A stretch of DNA of 64,000 bases from Takakia lepidozioides (GCA_030704615.1 CM060731.1:68386001-68450000), one strand, 5' to 3'. Positions 49,915 to 64,000 are shown, numbered from the stretch's first letter. Numbers and translations are program-made. The notes: generated by a model not told the origin, from the letters alone.

Positions 49915-51230
49915 GATCCTCAACCCGAGAAAAATCCCCAACCTCATCCATCACCGCCGCCTTGGCTGCCAACTCCCTCTGAACTTCGAGCACCTCCCAC
50001 GTATGCCATGGATGCCTGTACCCCGTGGTCCTCACCTACTCGCCCCCACTCATTGCCGGGGATTGCTAAACCGTGAGCAGAATTCTACTCACGCTTCTGG
50101 ATGTGCTCACCTATAACCGCAGACACCTATTCGGCTTAGAGGACCTATTACTGCGGGTAATGTCCAGTATAACATGCATACCAATTCATCGTTATGGATG
50201 AATGACGGATGAATGATGGATGAATGGACGATGAATGTATGTTGGACGAATGACACATGGATGAATGTAGTTTGTGGTTGAATGCAAAATTAAAAAGCAT
50301 TTTTGAGTAGTGGTTGCCAAATCCCCCGAGCTCCAGAGTGAACCTCTCCCAACTGCAGAGGGTTGTGGTTGTCCTTTCACCAGGTATCCTAAGTTGAGAG
50401 AGATGCTGACACCCAATTGCAAAGAAGGTGGAGAGGCCTTTGGTGCTTTAATATAAATCGTTTGAAAACAGCCGATTCATTCCGACGAAGAATATCCACT
50501 GCTACTGGAGTCAGAGTCCAAAACGAACTGTCTATGAAGACACTAGCCTTGCTCGGCACAAAATCCTCTCGATCGTAAAGCACAGGAGGGGAGAAGAGAT
50601 GAGACTAAATTTGCAAGCTGCAGCCTCCGCATAACATGACATCTGTAACGTCATCTGGTGTGCTATTTGGGGTGAATGGCATCTACAAACTGTTCGGACC
50701 ATATAACTTATGATTTGTTGTCATGTCTTTCTTCCATGTGACCAAAAATCCATGCTGGGTAAACGCCAGGTCTTTTGCTTGCAAAGCAGGGGTTGGGTTC
50801 ATTTGCAAGTTTTCCAATTTTTATTTTTATTTTTATTTTTCCCCGAATGTGCCAGATTAAGGTGTCGTCAACGACACCTTAATCTACCTTAATTTGGCTA
50901 ATCTTCTGGTGTGTTATTTTGGGTGAATGGCATCTACAAATTGCTCGGACCACATAACTTATGATTCATTGTCATGTCATTCTTCCATGTGACCAGAAAT
51001 CCATGCTGGGTAAACGCTAGGTCTTTTGCTTGCAAAGCAGGGGTTGGGTTCATTTGCAAGTTTTCCAATTTTTATTTTTATTTTATTTTTTTCCCGAATG
51101 TACCAGATTAAGGTGTCGTCAACGACACCTTAATCTGGCTGGTCTTCTGGTGTGTTATTTGGGGTGAATGGCATCTACAAATTGCTCGGACCACATAACT
51201 TATGATTCATTGTCATGTTCTTCTTCTATG

Positions 51231-51730
51231 NNNNNNNNNNNNNNNNNNNNNNNNNNNNNNNNNNNNNNNNNNNNNNNNNNNNNNNNNNNNNNNNNNNNNN
51301 NNNNNNNNNNNNNNNNNNNNNNNNNNNNNNNNNNNNNNNNNNNNNNNNNNNNNNNNNNNNNNNNNNNNNNNNNNNNNNNNNNNNNNNNNNNNNNNNNNNN
51401 NNNNNNNNNNNNNNNNNNNNNNNNNNNNNNNNNNNNNNNNNNNNNNNNNNNNNNNNNNNNNNNNNNNNNNNNNNNNNNNNNNNNNNNNNNNNNNNNNNNN
51501 NNNNNNNNNNNNNNNNNNNNNNNNNNNNNNNNNNNNNNNNNNNNNNNNNNNNNNNNNNNNNNNNNNNNNNNNNNNNNNNNNNNNNNNNNNNNNNNNNNNN
51601 NNNNNNNNNNNNNNNNNNNNNNNNNNNNNNNNNNNNNNNNNNNNNNNNNNNNNNNNNNNNNNNNNNNNNNNNNNNNNNNNNNNNNNNNNNNNNNNNNNNN
51701 NNNNNNNNNNNNNNNNNNNNNNNNNNNNNN
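51231..51730. other. Assembly gap (500 N)
   Basis: Run of N. Confidence 1.
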
Positions 51731-54700
51731 TCTAACCAAGCTGACCAAGGTGGACCAGGAGTGGCAGTGGGAAGATGAGCAAGAACAAGCTTTTCAAGAG
51801 CTCAAGGCGAGGTTGACCTCGGCGCCCATCTTGAGACGACCTATCAGGGGGCGTCTTTTTCAGCTGCATACAGATTGGAGCATGCTGGGGCTTGGAGCGA
51901 TGCTCACACAGGTGGATGATGAGGGAAGAGAGTTCGTAGTGGCTTATGCTAGCCGCTCGAACAATGCTGCAGAGTCTAAGTATAGCTCATATGAGGGAGA
52001 ATGCTTAGCTGCAGTGTGGGCCGTGGCACACTTCAGGTGCTATCTATACGGCAATCTCTTCACCCTTGTCACGGATCACCAACCACTCAAGTGGTTGATG
52101 GAGTCAGACAAGCTTACGGGGAAGCTTGCACGATGGGAAATCATCCTTCAAGAGTATGACTTTCAGTTGGTGCATCGACCGGGTTTGGTCAATCGCAATG
52201 CAGATGGGTTGAGTCACAATCCATGTACGAGCCAGCAGGATGACACTGGAGCTCGGTGGCATGGTGAGACGGACGAGGAGATGGTGCCCGGATGGCATGC
52301 ATCTGCATTTCTGTGTATCTTGGCAGCGGAAGGCCAGGTTGGACCTGCAACAGGGATGACTGTAGATCAAGTGTCTGAGGACCCTGAGGCCAGCAATGAG
52401 CAAGGTGGCGCCAAAGATATACATGAGGATTCAGTTGTGTTGGACTACCTCCGCACTGGAACCACTGCAGCCACTGTGACTGCCAAGGAGAGGGATCGGA
52501 TCCTACAACGAGCCAAGAGGTTCAAGTGGGAGGGGACACACCTGCTCCGAGTGTGGGAGGATGGTCAAGTGAGGATTGTGCCTCACCCAACACAGCGGGC
52601 ACGGTTAGTGCGGCATGCCCATGAGGAGTTGGGACATTTTGGGGTGCGACGCACTCATAGTCTACTCCAGGGGCAGTATTGGTGGCGTGGTATGCACACA
52701 GAGGTGCAACAATTTGTGGCTAGGTGCATGGTGTGTGACAAGGTGCGTGCTTCATTCAACGCCCCTACTCCACAATTGCACCCTCTTCCGATCATGGGAT
52801 TGGGCTACAGGTGGAGTCTTGACTTCGCAGGGCCATTGCCACTGACCATGCATCACAATAAGTACATGTTGGTGATGGTGGAGCACTTCTCCAAGTGGAT
52901 TGAGTTGGTTCCATTGCCTGATAAGGTTAGTGAGGGAGCTGAGTATGCATTCTTGGATTGTGTGCTTAGCCGATTCGGTGCTCCAGCTGAGGTACTCACG
53001 GACCAAGGGAGAGAGTTCTTGGGGGAGTTTCAGGCTTTGTGTGACAAGGCCTTGATAGACAACCGCACCACTTCTCGGGATCATCCTGAGGCCGATGGCT
53101 TGGCAGAGAGAGTTGTTCAGACAGTAAAGAGGGGTTTGCGCAAGTATGGCTTGAAAAAGGGACACCTAGGAGATTGGGACCTTCAGTTACCCTGGTTAGC
53201 CATGAGCTACAGGTTCAGCAAGCAAGCATCACTTGCCTCCTTCTCACCATACTTTCTTCTCTTTGGCCGAGAGCCGGATTTGCCTGCATCCATTCGCAGA
53301 GAAGCTGCTGCAGTTCCTAACCTTGACGATCCGGACGTGTGGGCACGTGCATGTGAGCAGCGTGCAGAGTTGTTCAAGAAAGTCATGCCCATGGCTTTCG
53401 AAAACCTTGACATCGCACAACACCGTGATACGTTGAGGTATGCTACCATACGTGGTGGGGGCTATCGTCCTGGGGTTCGAAGATTCAACCCTGGTGACTA
53501 TGTTTACCTGCAGCAGACTGCTCCTACGACCTTGGATGTGACTGCAGGACGTGTTATTTTGAGGGTTCGAGAGGTCTTGCCCTCAGGCGTCTTGGTCTTG
53601 GAGGGTCGGGATGGCATAACTTGGAAGGACCATGTGCGTAATTGTGCGCCATGTCACCTTCCGAATGTCGATGGCAGGATAGACCCAAACTTGGCAGTGG
53701 TATCTGCAGGTTTGAGGTGCATGTTGTATGGGTCTGCTAGAGGGGCAGCCACCATGCTGGTGTGTGATCGATGCTCTAGAGGTTGGCATATGGGATGCTT
53801 GACTCCACCTCTTGAGATGGTTCCGGATGGGGATTGGTTATGTCCACATTGCATTGGATAGTGGGAGTGGATACAACCATGGAAGGCTAACAAGAAACGC
53901 AAGGCCCAGCTATTAGGAGACCTTGAACACACGAGGTCCTGGCTCAAGTTCACAGATTGCAAGACGACGACTAACGATGGGGCTACTCTTGTACCCGGCC
54001 TCTTGGTCTATAGAGTTTGAGTGCAATAGGGACAGTGATAGCGGACTTAGTACGGCTGTGGCTATTACATCTTGTAGCTATCTAGAGGTAGAGGGACCTA
54101 CCCACCAGCTAGGGGGGCGATTGTGGCAGACTACTTTATTGTGCATATATGTGTGGTGTGGTTTGGACAGCGATGTAGTTGTGTAGTGATACGTATGCGC
54201 ACGACAGCACCTTCTTCAACACATTCCACCATGTTTTTTCCTCTTATCAGAATCGGCCATGTTGAATTCTGCAAGTTAGCTGGTTGAGTGAACCTTTGAT
54301 AGTTTGGAGTGACTGACATGATACTGCCAATGTGACAACAGAAAGTATCCAGAAACAGGTAACAGAGATAAGGAGAAGCTGTGGAATGAATACTTTTCTG
54401 ACCCCAGTCAATGGTGGGACGATCGAGGCAAGAAGGTGAATGCTTGTTGGATTATAGAGAGTAGCAGATGCAATTGAGCATAGGAACTAGTGTGATAAGT
54501 AGGGTTGGGGTGTTTGCTAGAACAACTCTAGGCTGTCATTGTCAGCTGCTAGCAGCAATGCAATGATGTATGCATGGTTTGTGTAGAGGCATGGATAGCT
54601 GAAGAAGCAGGGATGGAGTGTGGGTCCAGATATTTCATCCAAGAGGGCCGGATTTCAAGCATAAGGTAACCTATGATTCCCTGTGGATCAATAGCTACAA

Positions 54701-57071
54701 GAAACCTGCATGGGTAGATATCTATCACTGACCAAAAGGCAGAAAGTAGTTCATGGCTTTTAGCATGCCTGCGGAGACGTAGTGTAGATATAGTATGTCA
54801 CCCTTTATCATGGCTGGATTTTGTTGACTTTGTTCCAACACTTATTGTCTTGGATTCTATTCTGTTTTTTGAATGGTGAATCTTCAAGAGTATTTTGGAT
54901 TTGCAGATTCACTTCGAATGTATGGGAATTGTAGGAGAATTATATGGGAATGTATGAATCACTTACACACCACTCTGTCAGTGGTATATGTAAGACTGTG
55001 ACAGTATGCAAGAGTGGTTGTACTCCTCCAGATGTAGCCCCAATCACTTACATACCACTCTGGTAGTAATAATTCAAAAACATGGTTCCTACTTGGTGGG
55101 ACATACTGGATGACTTCGTCAGTGATTTTAGCACACAACCTAACCACTACATTGATACTGGTAGAACCACTCAGTAAGTGTTTTAGCACACATCAATACT
55201 ATTAGAACCACACATTCAGTGATAATATACATTGTTTATTCTCGAATCATGACTATTAGAGTCATTTAAGTCTCACTCACATAGTTGTTTGTGAAGTCAT
55301 TGCATTTTTTAGCACATCCCTAAAATAGGGCACGTGCTCATTTGCAATATCGCCACGTGTCCAGATAATGGAGCCCATAATCGTCTAATTGGATTCGGCC
55401 ACGTTTCCATATGGATACGGACACGTGTCCGTCCATTGCTAAGCATGATCGACGGAGTTATTGCGTCCACGTTGCATACGGTGGAAGTGGTCTATGTTCT
55501 GAAGTGGCTAGTTTACCACTGTGACACATCATAAGTGGTTAGTTTATCACTGTGACACATAAGCGAACAGCTGGACTCGGAGGCAAGTGATCGTAATCAC
55601 TGTCTTTAACCACTTTGGACACGTCATGTCTTTAACCACTGCTGAGTCAAGATCCACTGGTTCTAGACCACTCTGGGGCCAGAGTGGTTGGGTGTCTTTT
55701 CCCACTCAAAATGAGTGGTTGCCAGAGTGGTTATTCCGCGTTTTTCCTCTAGTGGATCCTCAACCCGAGAAAAATCCCCAACCTCATCCATCACCGCCGC
55801 CTTGGCTGCCAACTCCCTCTGAACTTCGAGCACCTCCCACGTATGCCATGGATGCCTGTACCCCGTGGTCCTCACCTACTCGCCCCCACTCATTGCCGGG
55901 GATTGCTAAACCGTGAGCAGAATTCTACTCACGCTTCTGGATGTGCTCACCTATAACCGCAGACACCTATTCGGCTTAGAGGACCTATTACTGCGGGTAA
56001 TGTCCAGTATAACATGCATACCAATTCATCGTTATGGATGAATGACGGATGAATGATGGATGAATGGACGATGAATGTATGTTGGACGAATGACACATGG
56101 ATGAATGTAGTTTGTGGTTGAATGCAAAATTAAAAAGCATTTTTGAGTAGTGGTTGCCAAATCCCCCGAGCTCCAGAGTGAACCTCTCCCAACTGCAGAG
56201 GGTTGTGGTTGTCCTTTCACCAGGTATCCTAAGTTGAGAGAGATGCTGACACCCAATTGCAAAGAAGGTGGAGAGGCCTTTGGTGCTTTAATATAAATCG
56301 TTTGAAAACAGCCGATTCATTCCGACGAAGAATATCCACTGCTACTGGAGTCAGAGTCCAAAACGAACTGTCTATGAAGACACTAGCCTTGCTCGGCACA
56401 AAATCCTCTCGATCGTAAAGCACAGGAGGGGGAGAAGAGATGAGACTAAATTTGCAAGCTGCAGCCTCCGCATAACATGACATCTGTAACGTCATCTGGT
56501 GTGCTATTTGGGGTGAATGGCATCTACAAACTGTTCGGACCATATAACTTATGATTTGTTGTCATGTCTTTCTTCCATGTGACCAAAAATCCATGCTGGG
56601 TAAACGCCAGGTCTTTTGCTTGCAAAGCAGGGGTTGGGTTCATTTGCAAGTTTTCCAATTTTTATTTTTATTTTTATTTTTCCCCGAATGTGCCAGATTA
56701 AGGTGTCGTCAACGACACCTTAATCTACCTTAATTTGGCTAATCTTCTGGTGTGTTATTTTGGGTGAATGGCATCTACAAATTGCTCGGACCACATAACT
56801 TATGATTCATTGTCATGTCATTCTTCCATGTGACCAGAAATCCATGCTGGGTAAACGCTAGGTCTTTTGCTTGCAAAGCAGGGGTTGGGTTCATTTGCAA
56901 GTTTTCCAATTTTTATTTTTATTTTATTTTTTTCCCGAATGTACCAGATTAAGGTGTCGTCAACGACACCTTAATCTGGCTGGTCTTCTGGTGTGTTATT
57001 TGGGGTGAATGGCATCTACAAATTGCTCGGACCACATAACTTATGATTCATTGTCATGTTCTTCTTCTATG
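51731..57071 (+). repeat. Near-identical direct duplicate of 45890-51230 (probable uncollapsed contig overlap)
   Basis: Offset is 5840-5841 bp. I saw only one substitution and a few homopolymer indels, and both copies abut the gap. Confidence 0.9.
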
Positions 57072-60000
57072 TGACCAGAAATCCATGCTGGGTAAACGGT
57101 CTTTTGCTTGCAAAGCAGGGGTTGGGTTCATTTGCAAGTTTTCCAATATATATATATATATATTATATTATACTATTTTTCCCCGAATGTACCAGATTAA
57201 GGTGTCGTCAACGACACCTTAATCTGGTTGGTCTTTGGGTGTGCTATTTGGGGTGAATGCCATCTACAAATTACTCGGACCATATAACTTATAATTCGTT
57301 GTCATGTCCTTCTTCCATGTGACCAGAAATCCATGCTGGGTAAATGTCTGTACCGTCTCGGTAGTTGGCAATGAGACTGTCAAGGGAAGGGTAGTGACGG
57401 AAGTTGTCCGCAATCTATGCTGCTCAGCCATATCCAGGCTGACAATCCAGGTCAAGCAATTGAGATCCATTGCTCAATGCCCTAACACTTGTCGACGTGA
57501 TGCCTCAGAAAGAGATAGCACCACCGTGGTACCAGTGGAAAAATCCATCGCCCGCTCGCGCTCGTCAGCATTGGGCTCCACTAATTGCTGCAACTGAACA
57601 TCCCACAAGAGACCAGGTCCACCATTCCGAAAAGCATGAGATCATGGAAAGCTGAGTAGTGTAGGCAATGCTGTCGTGGGTGACCCACTTTATTGACCAC
57701 TACCAAAGGTGACCGGTCATCGTGTCTCACAGTTTGAGACTGCCTCCCTATGTCCAAAATGCTATCCACCGTGAGGTGTGCTGGCCGTTGCACCCCATCA
57801 AATGCACGCTTGAGTAGTGTGGATGACATCAAGTTGGTCCAACCATAGCTGTGGCACAGATGCACACCCCGATGCACCCCGAGCTGGCAACGTGCATCTC
57901 CGTAGGCAACCAGTCATGCCTGAATGCCCGGCCAATGTCCAGCCACCGCTCCTATCTTGATCTTGGCAGCTGCTGGTATCCACAAACTACAGACACCGGC
58001 AACAACTTAGGTACTGCTGCACCAGTTGAGCAACATGGCATAGTGAGATGCGTCGTGCAGTCTCATCCCTCTCCACATACAAGTAATGTTGTACTCATAC
58101 ACCTGTTTGTAGCATATCAGCCAAACCAGTGCTGATCTCGCTAAACAAGTCCAGAAGGCAGATGCCTTCATCCGGGTACTGCCACACAATAGGTGTGGTG
58201 TCCAATGGTGACAACTGAGGTGGTCCTGGTGCAATCACCGCACTATTCTCCTCTCCTGACAGTACAAAGGCCTCTACCCAGGCTTGTTGCACCTGTCTAT
58301 CAACAACATGCTGCAAATCCTTATTTGTGCCCCACAATGGAGTATGAGCAACCATGGCAGGCAATTCCGCCGTACCATGCATATCATCCTGTTCTGCTGA
58401 AGGTGACACATCCTCTGCATGAGCATTGCCTTTTAGCAACTCTCTAGGCCAAGTCACTGCACCTGTGAAGGCTGCTAGTGTCGGCATCGTGCCCCGATGG
58501 GCAGCAGCAACACCCCCAATGAATGTCACAGGAAGTTGCACCCACCGGCCATCCCCTGACTGCCATCCAGGCCTGTAAGAGGCCGACTCTTCCTAAAAAT
58601 CCAGGGTGAAGCCCATGGGGTACAACACTGCCCCACCAATGAGGACATCGTAAGAGACCACGTGTGTCACAATGGCCTTGGCTCGCATCACTGAGCCATC
58701 TAATGGCCAACTCACGCCGTGTCATGCCCCGAGCCTGCTCTGATCTTCCCAGAGATGTATGTATCTGGAAAGAACATGGCTCTATATCTGCCTCTGTGAG
58801 CCCCAAACCTGCGATAGTAGCTCTGCCCAACATAAATGGATGAGCTCCCGAGTCCAGCAATACTGGTAGTGGCCGAAATCTCTTGTCCGTCGGCCCACTC
58901 AAACAGAAAACACCATCCTGGTTGTCCAACAAAACAACTCCAGGTGTCACCATGACGCACTCAATGGCTGGCCTAGCTGACAGCTCCATCAACCTAGCAG
59001 TTGCAGCTTGCCATAGCACAGCCATGACAGTCTTGACCCTCAAATCCGAGGATCTCTCCGATACAGCACCTTCCACTAACTCCGTAGAAAATGAAGTGAT
59101 CTCCCACTCTCATAGAGTGTCGCCGCTAGTCTAAACACTGCAGCTGGTCGTACCCCCGGCGTTGCAATCATGGTCGCCGAGAACAATGGGGCCTGACATA
59201 CAGATGTGGCCGCTCCCAGCAGCACACTGGCTACACTAGCCTTGGCAGCAGGTATTGGTGCTACCCATGTGGCTCTCCCCAAGGGCACAATAACCTCCAC
59301 CTCGGTATTCGTCGGGTAAGAACTAGGTGCCATGGATGGCGTCGACACTGTCTCCACCAATGTGAAGGATTGAGGCAGCCTAGCCAGACGGCTTGCATCC
59401 CCATGCTGTGGATCTAACTCCACCTCTGCACCTCGTGGCTCATGAACTCATACTGCTCCTCGAGTCATAGCTGAAGCAGAATCCACTTGTACAAGTGGTC
59501 ATCCGAGTGTTGCCCCGCACATAAATCCCATGCCTCCCATGTCTACCATGTCTCCACCGTCAGGATGACGCTGCTAAGGAGGAACAGGAGGTGGACCCTC
59601 AGGTCTTGGAGCCGATACCACCTGAGTTGTGGCTATGGCAGCAAGTCTTTGCTCTAGCTGTTGAAGCCGGTTGGCCATGCCTTGGTCAACGCCCTGACCT
59701 CCACGTCCTTGGCCATGTTGTGGTTGCCCTCGTCCTGCACCTCGTGCCTGACCACCTCGTCCTCTCTGAGGTGTTCCATTTTGCCCTCGGCCACCATTGT
59801 TCCCTTGGAACTTGCCTCACCACAACTCAGGGTGCAAGTCATAACACTGTGCCTCTCCATGCCCATACTCGCCACAATGCAATTGTGCAGGTTGTGCTTG
59901 TGCCGGTTCTTTGCCGCTCTCTGGGCAATCATTCTTGACATGGGGTCCTCCACATGTCCAACACACCACCTCTGGTTGTTGTTGGCCTGCAAAAGAAGCT

Positions 60001-62600
60001 ACTGGCCTCTGTACCTGAGGTCCCCTGTAAGCTCCATGGAGTTTGGGTTGGACAACCTTGCCTCCCTGACCACGCTACGGGATGGTGTGTTGCGCTTGTT
60101 GATTGGCAGACATACCCCATGGCATGTCCTTGCCAAACCCAATGGTCACTACACGCTCTTCCACCATGTTGAGCTCAATCCGCTTAGCCAGCAAAAACAG
60201 ATCTGCTAAGGTGGGTTGGGCCGCTTATAACAGGGTTGCATCCCGCACCCTTCTTCTGAGCTCCTTGTCCAAAATTCTATACCAGAATTGGACTGCCTGA
60301 GCTTCAGTGACCCCTTGGGTCACACTTATGAAGCGCCTCATACGAGTGTAGGCCTCTCGCAAGCTCTCACTGGACTTGCGCTGGAAGTCTTGCAAACTTC
60401 GCAGCTTCTTTGTCCGTACCCCTTGGTAGTTCCTCCGCAACTCCTGGAAGAACTCCATCACCGGGTTGAATCTAGGCACATGTGTTGTAGTCGTGGCAAC
60501 AGGAGTGGTAGTACCTTTAGAACTAGTTCCACCTGCAGAAGTACCGGCAACACTTGTTCCACTACTAGTGCTTGTCGTTGGAGATGTTGGTGCTGATGCA
60601 GCTACTGGTAATGGAGACGTAGTCAGGTGACCAATACATCCTCCACTCCTCAATCTCTGCTTCATGTCCTCGTCTGAACTCATGATAATCGTCCATAGGC
60701 GGGCCGTCCAAATGCTAGAATAGTCCCTTCCATGCCATGAATGGGGTGAACAACTGTGGATTGCGCATCTGCTGCAAATCATACCAGCTGTCGAACTCTT
60801 GCATAAAGTCATCCAGCTCAATTGTGCCCACAGTTCCAGAGTACCTACGAGGCCCCTTGGTAGCTCCATACATCTCCTCCATGTCGTCCCACAACAATTT
60901 CAAATGAAACTGCACACCTGTTGATAAAGCCTCCGAGTCTGTGCTAGACTCTACACCAGATGAAGGTGGGGATGAAGGTGGTATGAACCGAACCCCTCGC
61001 CTCGTGAACCCATTGACAGTACTGGTGCTAGTGTTGGCTTGTCTTTCTGAACCCTCTGGCAACTCTGTGATGCCCGTTGTTATCCAAACCTGTCCATGTG
61101 ACACTATAAGGCTCTATAACTAGCTCTAACAGTGACACGGGTGGGCACCTGTTGCGGCTTAAAATGTCATGTCCCAATGGCTAAGGGCACCTACACCTGC
61201 ATCTACCGCAAGAACTCCTATGGTTGGCTGGTCATCAACCCTGCCTCACCATAGAAGAAACACCGGTGGTCTTGCTGGTCATTACTCCAGCCTCACCATC
61301 GACAACATACTCTAGGATTGACCGGTGATCAAATCCGGCCTAATCCCTATGAAAGCAAGTGCCCACACAAAACCAACATGGCGCACAGTCCAGCATGCAG
61401 GCGTGGGGGGGATCCAAACACAAGAAATCAAAACATCAACACCTCCACACCAAAATCCCTCCGAAGTGCTGCTCCTGCAGAATACCCCAGCCCAAAAACC
61501 CCGGACTGATCACTGGCCTTCACCAATAGAGGCTTTGGCAACTACAACTACAAGTAAAGAAAATAGTAAAGAGAGGGAGGGGAAGAATAGAGGTCCGACC
61601 ACTCAAGATCTAATCCTGATCTATGCTATCTACATGATGGTAAGGTGTGGGAGGTATATCTATGTCCAGAAACCTGTCACTAACCTTATCCCAAGCTTCA
61701 GTAGTTCGCTCTAGCCAGCCTTCCTCCTCTCTCTGCCAGGTAGAGACAAAGCAATACTCCCATATCTCCCGCTCACTGAATACTAAAGAAAATAAAGGTA
61801 GGGTCTGACGGTCTCTCAACTCAAAAGCTTTAAGACGGTTGCGGGTGTCATCATTTTGAATGACTACATCTCCTTCAAGCAGAACAAACTGTTCGTTGCT
61901 AATGAACCCCCGCTCGTGGTTGCCTCATGCAGAGCGTGTCCGACTGTAACCACGTCTGATTGCAAAAACTTGTAGCTCCTGCTCTGCTCCAGTACACCAC
62001 GGCCTTGTGGCTGAACACCTTGGTCCCCGGGACTGTCTTTGGCTGTGTTCCAAGCCTAGCTTCCACCCACTTTGGTATTTCACCTACAACTGTAGAATTG
62101 CTCTCTCCCACAGCACTCTACCCGTTGCCTGACTCCCAGTATACCACAAGGTCATCAAAATGGCTTCCACTTAGCTCAGTCTGTGTGCCTTGGGAAATAT
62201 AATTTTTTTCCCCAACTGTTTGAAGACTCAACGAGGAAATGAGCCCTTCAATGGCATCATCATCCCCTCCAGCCATACACTAATCCAAAAGAGCGCCAGG
62301 TGTGTTACCAACACAAAACTCAATGATCATCCATTCAATTGAAGTAGTTTATTCAATAGGCCTCAAATAGATATGGGGAGGGTCTAATTTACATTAGAAA
62401 AAATCTATATATTTTGGCCAGGTCCAAAAACTTAAACCCCTTTCTGTAGGTTCCTGTGCAAGTTTGAGGTCAAACAGGCTCTGTATGCCAAAGATATGGC
62501 CAAACAGGCTATGTAAACATAATATTTGACCTTAAATGGTAACAAATACAAGGAAAAAAAAAATTCAATTAATTTCCTTTGGTTCCCCGTTCCCACGTTT
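55755..62600 (-). mobile_element. Second, more decayed copy of the DNMT-Gypsy element (5' region, accessory ORF, gag, protease, partial DNMT); probably continues to the window end
   Basis: Reverse-complement homology to about 39350-44795. Includes GICLLDLFSEISTGLADMLQTG, PVLLDSGAHP, gag and the accessory ORF; truncated before RT at a CACTA end. Confidence 0.9.
55898..57344. mobile_element. Insertion in the - strand Gypsy copy containing about 245-bp tandem repeats with internal palindromes
   Basis: Splits sequence that is contiguous in the + copy (44650-44670). Starts GGGGATTG, has GGATGAA repeats, and units start at 56498, 56749, 56990 and 57238. Confidence 0.7.
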
Positions 62601-64000
62601 TATGCGATGCCCTGCAGGTTCCACGTACAGTCACCGTTCCCAAGTGCCCATCGATTAATGCACCAACCAAATTGAATTCACCAACGCAATGGTGTACGCT
62701 GATGCAATACATCTGCTGTCAGCCGCCTCTATGAATGGATTGAAAGAGCCAGACATATGAATATCAAGGTCAGACATGAACCTGAATTGAGACCACACTG
62801 CTACCCGTAAGCACTTACACGGCCCCAACAGGTCACCTCGCGATGAAGCAACAACACACTAGCTGCAACACATCCAATATAGGTTCATCATGTACACCTT
62901 GTAAGAAAACCCTCTTGGAAATCTGAATCCATGGACCTGGTGCGTGTAGCAACTTCCAAACAGCCAGTCTTATACCACAGTCTCAAGTGAGCTGGTCGCC
63001 TCAGACTGTCATGCGTTGAAGAACTTGCAAATTGTGTCTAGCAGATTCGGCCTCCCAGTGACATCTCAACTCACAGTGGGCTATGGGCTTACCACTGCAA
63101 TCATGGGCAGGGCAATTTCCGGGTCTAGCTCACCAGCCAGAGCAAAGAAAAAAAAAAAAATCTCGGCCAGCCTTTAACTTGTATCATATGGGAGTTATGC
63201 AAAACACCTCCCCTGGAAGTTTCGAAGCATTCCTGCAGCAGCTGTGCCTAGCATGCATCTGGATAATTTCAACTTGTTTGAGTTTCCATACTCTAATTCC
63301 AACCCCAGCGCTTTCTTGTCAAAGCATGGAAGCAGAGTGAAGCCTGAGGAGGAATGGAGCTGCAGACCGACGTACCTCGATCGACGTACCTAAACAGCCC
63401 TAGCTGATTAACCGAGCCTCACCGTCACCATGGCCCCCATCCTTCTTTGCCACCGTGGTGATGGTGCATGTCAAACCCCTGACATCATGGGAACTAGCGA
63501 TTGACGAATCTGAACCACTCTGGATCCACAGGTACTTGCTTCGTGCCCTCATTTAAATCTTCAATCGCCTCACTGGCTTTCAGCTTAATTGTTCCATTCT
63601 GGAACTACCCTGACGCAGGTAATTTATTTCTCTTACAGTCACCATGCTGAGATGTCGAATGAGTATAACCCCATGGAGCTGTGATCACCCACTATCAATC
63701 TCAGTACTCTTTGCGATGCAGCTCTGGCATACTAGCAGCAAAGCAGATGTCTTGGACTAGGTATATACTGCAAGAGAACCATCCAGGCGGCTCCGCACAC
63801 ATGCTCAAGTACGTGTGAGGAAACTTTGATGTAGCACTTGTCATATTCGAACCATTGGCGGTGTTATAACAGCCGAGAGCACGCCAGGAAACATCGGCAG
63901 CCAAGAAAAATCAGAAAAATCAACCCGAGCACAGAGAAGGAGGGACTTCGGGAGCATTTTAGCTTCAACCTCACTACTCCATGGACAATATGCCAGCATA

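Noticed and set aside
51168-53861. 897-aa ORF and neighbouring poly-X ORFs
   Set aside because: Artefact of translating through 500 N; the real part duplicates 45890-48021.
56498-57344. CRISPR-like array (regularly spaced palindromes)
   Set aside because: The intervening sequences are themselves repeated rather than unique spacers, the period is about 245 bp, there are no cas genes and the context is eukaryotic.

Overview
Eukaryotic nuclear DNA from a land plant, probably a seed-free lineage (inference from the intron-containing plant genes, PLS-class PPR fragments and TE repertoire). Bases 1-18,000 are gene-rich: the 3' end of a DUR3-type urea/solute:sodium symporter, a spliced coiled-coil gene, two tandem intronless FkbM-like methyltransferase genes and a 4-exon plastid acyl carrier protein. 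Bases 18,000-64,000 are nested TEs: MITEs, a scrambled Copia, a decayed CACTA transposase followed by host-gene fragments (RPS3a, OSB 'PDF' motifs, PPR), and two oppositely oriented copies of an unusual Ty3/Gypsy-type element. Its coding order is gag - aspartic protease - C5 DNA-cytosine methyltransferase - RT - RNase H - integrase - PHD finger, with an extra conserved ORF upstream of gag. A paralogous empty site in the window delimits the + copy to 36907-48365. It has TGTC...GACA ends, only a 2-bp duplication and no LTR pair that I can see. Both termini recur as a miniature derivative at 6073-7822. A 5.3-kb near-identical duplication around a 500-N gap is most likely an assembly artefact. All calls were made by eye, without database searches.
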